From the human T2T-CHM13v2.0 reference genome, Homo sapiens: a stretch of DNA of 64,000 nucleotides. The notes under the pieces are model-generated. The model had not been told where the DNA came from, did not search any database, and saw nothing but the letters and a program-made list of their open reading frames with translations. The position numbers were made by a program, and so were the translations under genes. Where the stretch lies: NCBI RefSeq assembly GCF_009914755.1, contig NC_060938.1; one strand, given 5' to 3'. Below are positions 58,811 through 64,000 of the stretch, in pieces. Position 1 is the first letter of the stretch. The number at the start of each line of letters is the position of its first letter.

Positions 58811-61800
58811 AGTTGGAGAACATGGAAAAGAATCCTGGTGGCCTGTGAAGGATGGATGGGGGCAGGGGGTGGACCTGGTTTGGGGACAGCTGTACTGGGA
58901 GCTCTGTCCCCTCAGGAAGTCTCTCTCCACCACTCATCATGGCTTCTCCCTGCAGCATGTCCCCTCGCTGCTGCAGGCAGGCTTTGCCAGGCTGCAGATG
59001 CATGGCCACAGGCCCCTCTGGATTCCCAGCCTTCCAGCAAGCATCTAGAGAGAAAAGAGCCTGCTGCAGCTAGAAAAACCCTGGGATCTAATGAGCTCAG
59101 CTTGGGTCATGTGCTCCTCCCAACTCCCACTCCTACCCCTGCCAACCACCCATTGGGTCAGACCCATGCACTCCAGGCACTGAGGGGAGAGCTAGGAGGG
59201 AGAATCAATCAGACTCGGGAGGGAGAGGGCAGAGCAGCAGAGGGTTAAGGATGAGCCAATGGTTTCTAACTAGGGGGACTAGGGAAGGCAGCCTTAACTG
59301 AAAGAGAATACAAGACAAGCCAGTTTGGGTGTTCTGTTTTGAACTCGATAAATTCAGAAGCTTTGCGAGGATCTAGGGGGAGAATCTCACAGATTGCTGG
59401 GAATACAAATCTGTAGCTCAAAAACGCATTGGCAGTGCCTGCTGCTTGATGAAGGCATGGGTGTGCGGGCTTCATCTGGAGAATGCGGAAGGTTCCATCA
59501 TGCCTAGCAGGCTAGCACGGAGCCCCCTCTCCTTGTAACCAGGCTCGTTGGCGACAGAGATCCTGGCAAATTATGAGGAAGTAGAAGCTGGGAGCCATTC
59601 AAAGTCATCACATCCACGTTTCTCTTCAGGGACTCAGCCAGGGCCGCTCCTGCTGCTTGTTCCAAGGCACACTGGGAGTTGTTGGGCAAATATTTGCACA
59701 ACATTTAGGCCCTAAACCTGCAATGGCCTGAGCCCCTCCATGACAGAGCCTCCTACCCGGGTGCAGGCAGCTCTCTCAGCTTCTCCATCAAACCTAGCTA
59801 CAGCAAGGGCTGTTGAGCCACTCCAAGCTCAAGTCTGGTTTTCCAGAAAAGATGTCCTGCCAAGAAATGTGTTACTGAAGAGGGAAAGGGAAATATAACC
59901 AAAGGCCAGGGTACTGGCACCTTTCTCCTGTCCTCTCCTGAAAACAGGGACCTCTGCTTCCTTTTGCCTTCTTGTTCTGTGTTCAGGAAAAGTTGTGTCT
60001 GTGGTTAATCTCTCGAGATCCGGAGGGAGTTGGAAATGGGTTTGAATTCCAGTTTCCCCATCCCCATCACTTCCTTGGGAGTCAGTGAAAGTCACTGAGG
60101 TAACACAGCAGAGCGCTCGGCATATGAGAAGCGTGAGCCAAATGTGAGCTGTTCTCTCCCAGGAGCGTGTCTGAATGGGGCTGGAGATGGACGCCTCCTT
60201 TCCTCATTTCTCTCAGACCTCCTGGGGTGGTTTCCTGTCACAGAACAGAAGCAATTGCCTCAAATCAGATACCCAAGGATGCTGCAGGGAGAAGAGGCTG
60301 GAAGAGGGTGGCTGGGGTTTCACTTGTGTAAGCCACACACCTAAAATAAGCCCCCGCAGGAGACTCTGGGAATTTCCTGTAATTTTCACTGTAAATGTCC
60401 TATTTATAAAGCTGAGTCACTGCAAGCCGTTGTTTCACAACCACCCAGCATGTGGAGACAGGCCGGCACAGGAAACAAGGAGCATACCCCAAAACGCAGG
60501 CCTCACTCATGGCCTTTGGGGGTTCCCTGGGGCCAGCCTGGGCCTGGCCGTTCAGCCCCTGTAAACACCTCCACAAACTCAGGATTTGGGTCACTGGGCC
60601 AGGCTTACGCTCTCATCCCCCATTAGCCCTTTTTCTGGCTTCTTTGCTCCAAAATAGTCTTTTTTTTTTTTTTTTTTTTTTTTTGGTTATACATTTACAG
60701 GAAAAGTCTGGCTTCTTCGAGAGTTGCTTACAGACAGTGCCAGGCCTGTCCCCTCTGGAGACCTGAAGGGTCTGGCCTTAAGTAGGATCCAGGGCAACTC
60801 TCTGCTTTCCCACATGAATAGACCTGCCTGGATGCCTCTGCTCATCACCACCTCTATAAAACAAACAGATTCTCCCAGGACAGATTCCATACGTTCAGGG
60901 CTCAGGGTGCCTGAACCCAGAATTCATTAAAAGCAGTGAAGGGGCAAAAACGGGAGCAGATGTCAGCAAAGCACAACTGCACTTAGCAAGTTCACCTTTC
61001 CATCCAGAGTTCCTTGCAGGAGGGGCCAGGAGGGAACACAAAACCCTCCTCACTTCCTGATTTTACAATCACTCAGCTAGCGGCTACAATCAGGGTCACT
61101 AATCACAGCTGTTGAACCAGGCCGCCACATCCTGCCACCAGCAGCCCCGGAAGACACTGTGCAGAGCAGGAGGCAGCCCTATGCCACTGGTTCTCTGGTG
61201 TGCAGAGAAGTCTCCAAATCAAAGAAACCTTAATGCTTAGTGACAGCTTCTCGTTAAACAAGGTAAACAGTGGTCCAGTGAAAACATTCTCAATGTTGCT
61301 GAGAATGTTTCCCTCAACACACTTCTTTTTGGGAGCCAGCTCAGAGGCCCAGCTCTGTGTGCCTTGTGGGTTCAGCTCTGATTTCTGGGAGCCCTGGGAA
61401 TGTAGGAGGTTTGGACCCTGAGAAGTCCCTGGGCCGGCAGTGCTGTGTGTCAGTGTCAAGGCAGTGCAGTGGCATGGGGCAAGGCCTCTGTGAACTAGTC
61501 AGCGGGGAAGGGGCGGGAGGGCATTGCCAGGTGCCCAAGGCTATCTCCAGTGCCAGAGCTCCTCCCTCCCCGTCCCCACATTATGTGACCAAAGGTCTTT
61601 GGGTGTTGCTGCCGGATGGTGGGTCTTCTGGTCCAGCTGCTCTCTAACACCTGATGCCCTTTTATCACCCTCTGTCTCTCATACTTCCCAGGCCCCGGCC
61701 TGAGCCCCAACCCAGGCAAAGTCCCCTGAAGTCGCTATTCCTTTCCTTATTCTTTATTTTCATCGCCACATCTCTCTCTCTCTCTCTCACCCCCGTTACC

Positions 61801-62103
61801 AGAGAATTTAGGCTACCTTTTCTCCATCAGCATGGCCCGTGGCCCGACAGCAAATGTCTGAATGTGTGTGTGGTAGCTGGCACTCAGCTTCTCATGAGCT
61901 CCGTGATGTGAGCTCCATCTATGGAGGACACAGATGTTAGTGTCACAAAAACCCAGGCATTTTCAACTCCTGTCTAGTGAGTCACCCTTCCCCTAAGCCC
62001 CACCCCCACCTATCACAGAGATTAACTGGGGTTGGGGGAGGGTGCTTCTTACTGTAGCAGTAAAAAAACAAAGTAACCTGTCAATTTAGAAAAAACAGAT
62101 TCA

Positions 62104-62385
62104 GGCCCAGTGCAGTGGCTCATGCCTGTAATCCCAGCACTGTGGGAAGCTGATATGGGCAGATTGCTTTGAACTCAGGAGTTCAAGACCAGCCTGGGCA
62201 ACATGGCAAAACCCTACCTCTACAAAAAATTAGCCAGGCATCATGGCACATGTCTGTGGTCCCAGCTACTCCAAAGGCTGAGTGGGAGGATCAACTGAGC
62301 CCAGGAGGCAGAGGTTGCAGTGAACCAAAATCGTGCCACTGCATCCAGCCTAGGTGACAGAGACCCTGTCTCAAAAAAAGAAAAA
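62104..62385 (+). mobile_element. Alu (AluJ-like)
   Basis: TSD AAAAAACAGATTCA on both sides. Confidence 0.9.
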
Positions 62386-62399
62386 GAAAAAACAGATTC

Positions 62400-62900
62400 A
62401 AACCAATTAGAACTCAGAAGGTTCAGCAAGTTCACCAGACACAAAATCTACCTGCAAAAATCAACAACATCTCTGTCCACCCACAATAACTGCTGAAAAA
62501 TATTATTAAAAAGATACCATTTACAATAGCAGCAAGAATTACAAAATATATCTAGGTAATAGCCAAGAATACCCAAAACTTCTAAAAACATGTCTTAAAT
62601 TCTAATAAGGAAACATAAAATGATCTGAATAAATAGAGTACATTCCACATTTTGGGTAGGATGACCTCATGTAAGATGACTTACTTTGGATGACATTTAT
62701 AAAGACCTAGTTATATGAACAATGAACCTATAAATTTAATGCAATGCTAATCAAAATTCCAACTGGATTTCTTTTTGAGAAACTCAATGGAGAAATAATT
62801 AACTTTTACAAAGAAGAGTAGAGGGGAGACTTGCCCAATTACCTACACTACAAAATCAGAATAACAGTAGCAGTGCCAGCTCCGTGGCAGTCCAGTAGAC
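62400..62900 (+). mobile_element. Decayed L1M ORF2 fragment
   Basis: TTCAGCAAGTT..ACAAAATC..CAAAAATCAA..ATACCATTTACAATAGCA..TATAAATTTAATGCAAT..AATCAAAATTCCAA. Confidence 0.7.
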
Positions 62901-63434
62901 TAGCAGAAAAGCATGGGTAGCTGGGCAACACACTCCGGTCCTTTAGGAACTACACAGAGAGAAAGTTAACCCAGCAAACACAGGTCCTCAGTGGGCTCAG
63001 CCACCAGTGGAGGTTTTGCTGGGATATTTTGCTACACTACTATCATTGCAACAAGTATACCTAAGGGATAACAAAACATGTGCCTCAAGGTCCCCGTGTG
63101 ACTTAAAATGCACTACATCAAACTGGCTCTGTGGAAAGAACAGGACTTAACCGTTCAGCAGGCCTAACTCTCTGGAGCTGCCCCTGAAGTCCGCAGCAGC
63201 TACACGTCCTTCATGAGGCCAGATGTGCAAAGCCGGGCCCAGAAAGCTGAGGTAGGTCCCTGCACAAGGCCACAGGGCTTCCATCTCTCTCCACAGAAAA
63301 CACATCGCAGAGCTCATGAGAAGCTAAGTGCCAGCTACCAGGAGTGCTGGAGGGTGAGCTGGAGGAGGTGGCCTTAGGTGGAGATGAAGGGACAGGAGTC
63401 CACAAAGCAGGCCCACTCTGAGTGTCCAGCAATG

Positions 63435-63756
63435 CTAGGTAAAATTCACAGGTGGAAATCCTAGGCCCCAGGGTGACGGTGTTTGGAGGTGGGGCTTTGG
63501 GAGGTGATTCGGTCTTGGGGACAGAGCCCTGAAGAGCCCTTTAATGGAGGGGATTAAAGCCCTTATGAAAGAAACCCCTTCTGCCACAAGAGGACTCTGG
63601 GAGAAGGCGCTCTCTATGAACCAGAAATCCAGCCCTCACCAGACACCAAATCTGCCAGCGCCTTGATCTCAGACCTCCCAGCCTCCAGAACTGTGGGAAA
63701 TAAATGTCTATCCAGTCTGTGGATTCCTGTCCTAGCAACCCAAATGGACTAAGACA
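63435..63756 (+). mobile_element. MLT1A-type LTR
   Basis: AAAATTCA..GAAATCCTA..TTTGGAGGTGGGGC..CTCACCAGACACCAAATCTGCC..GACTAAGACA. Confidence 0.75.
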
Positions 63757-64000
63757 AGCATCTTTTACTTCAACTAATTCAAGCAGATGTTCAGCTCTCC
63801 TGAATTACTAAAAGCATACACATTTTTAAAAATAGAGCATACAAATCAAATCTCAAGCATTTTGTGTCCACTCTCTTTAGCTCCTTGTCGCTCGTCTCAT
63901 GTTTCTGTAAAACCACATTCTTTCCTCTCATTTTCGGTGGGGTCTGTCTGGGTTGTGCTGTAGCAACAAAAAATTTCCAAATCACAGAGGCTTTACACAT

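Overview
Primate, most likely human or great-ape, non-coding genomic DNA. The evidence is AluJ/S/Y SINEs, HERV-H LTR7-family solo LTRs and THE1/MLT1 LTRs. I cannot support any intact multi-exon protein-coding gene. Recognisable content: (1) a CpG island at ~2.4-3.0 kb with splice signals on both sides, possibly a bidirectional promoter; (2) a full-length processed PDLIM1 (CLP36) pseudogene at 49478-50897 with poly(A) tail and 17-bp TSD; (3) an older RPS15A processed pseudogene at ~52023-52805 split by an Alu; (4) about 35 Alu/FLAM copies, many with visible TSDs, two LTR7-family solo LTRs, several MaLR/ERVL LTRs, L1/L2/L3/MIR and hAT remnants; (5) micro- and minisatellites. I see no demonstrable new biological system. 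The best speculative lead is that both LTR7 solo LTRs are followed by the same GTnGTAAGAG splice-donor flank, and one lies 3.5 kb upstream of the PDLIM1 retrocopy. Mutations have split that retrocopy into a PDZ-only ORF and a LIM-containing ORF joined by an overlapping TGATG stop-start. Repeat subfamily names and parent-gene comparisons are from memory, not from a database search; boundaries of old repeats are approximate.
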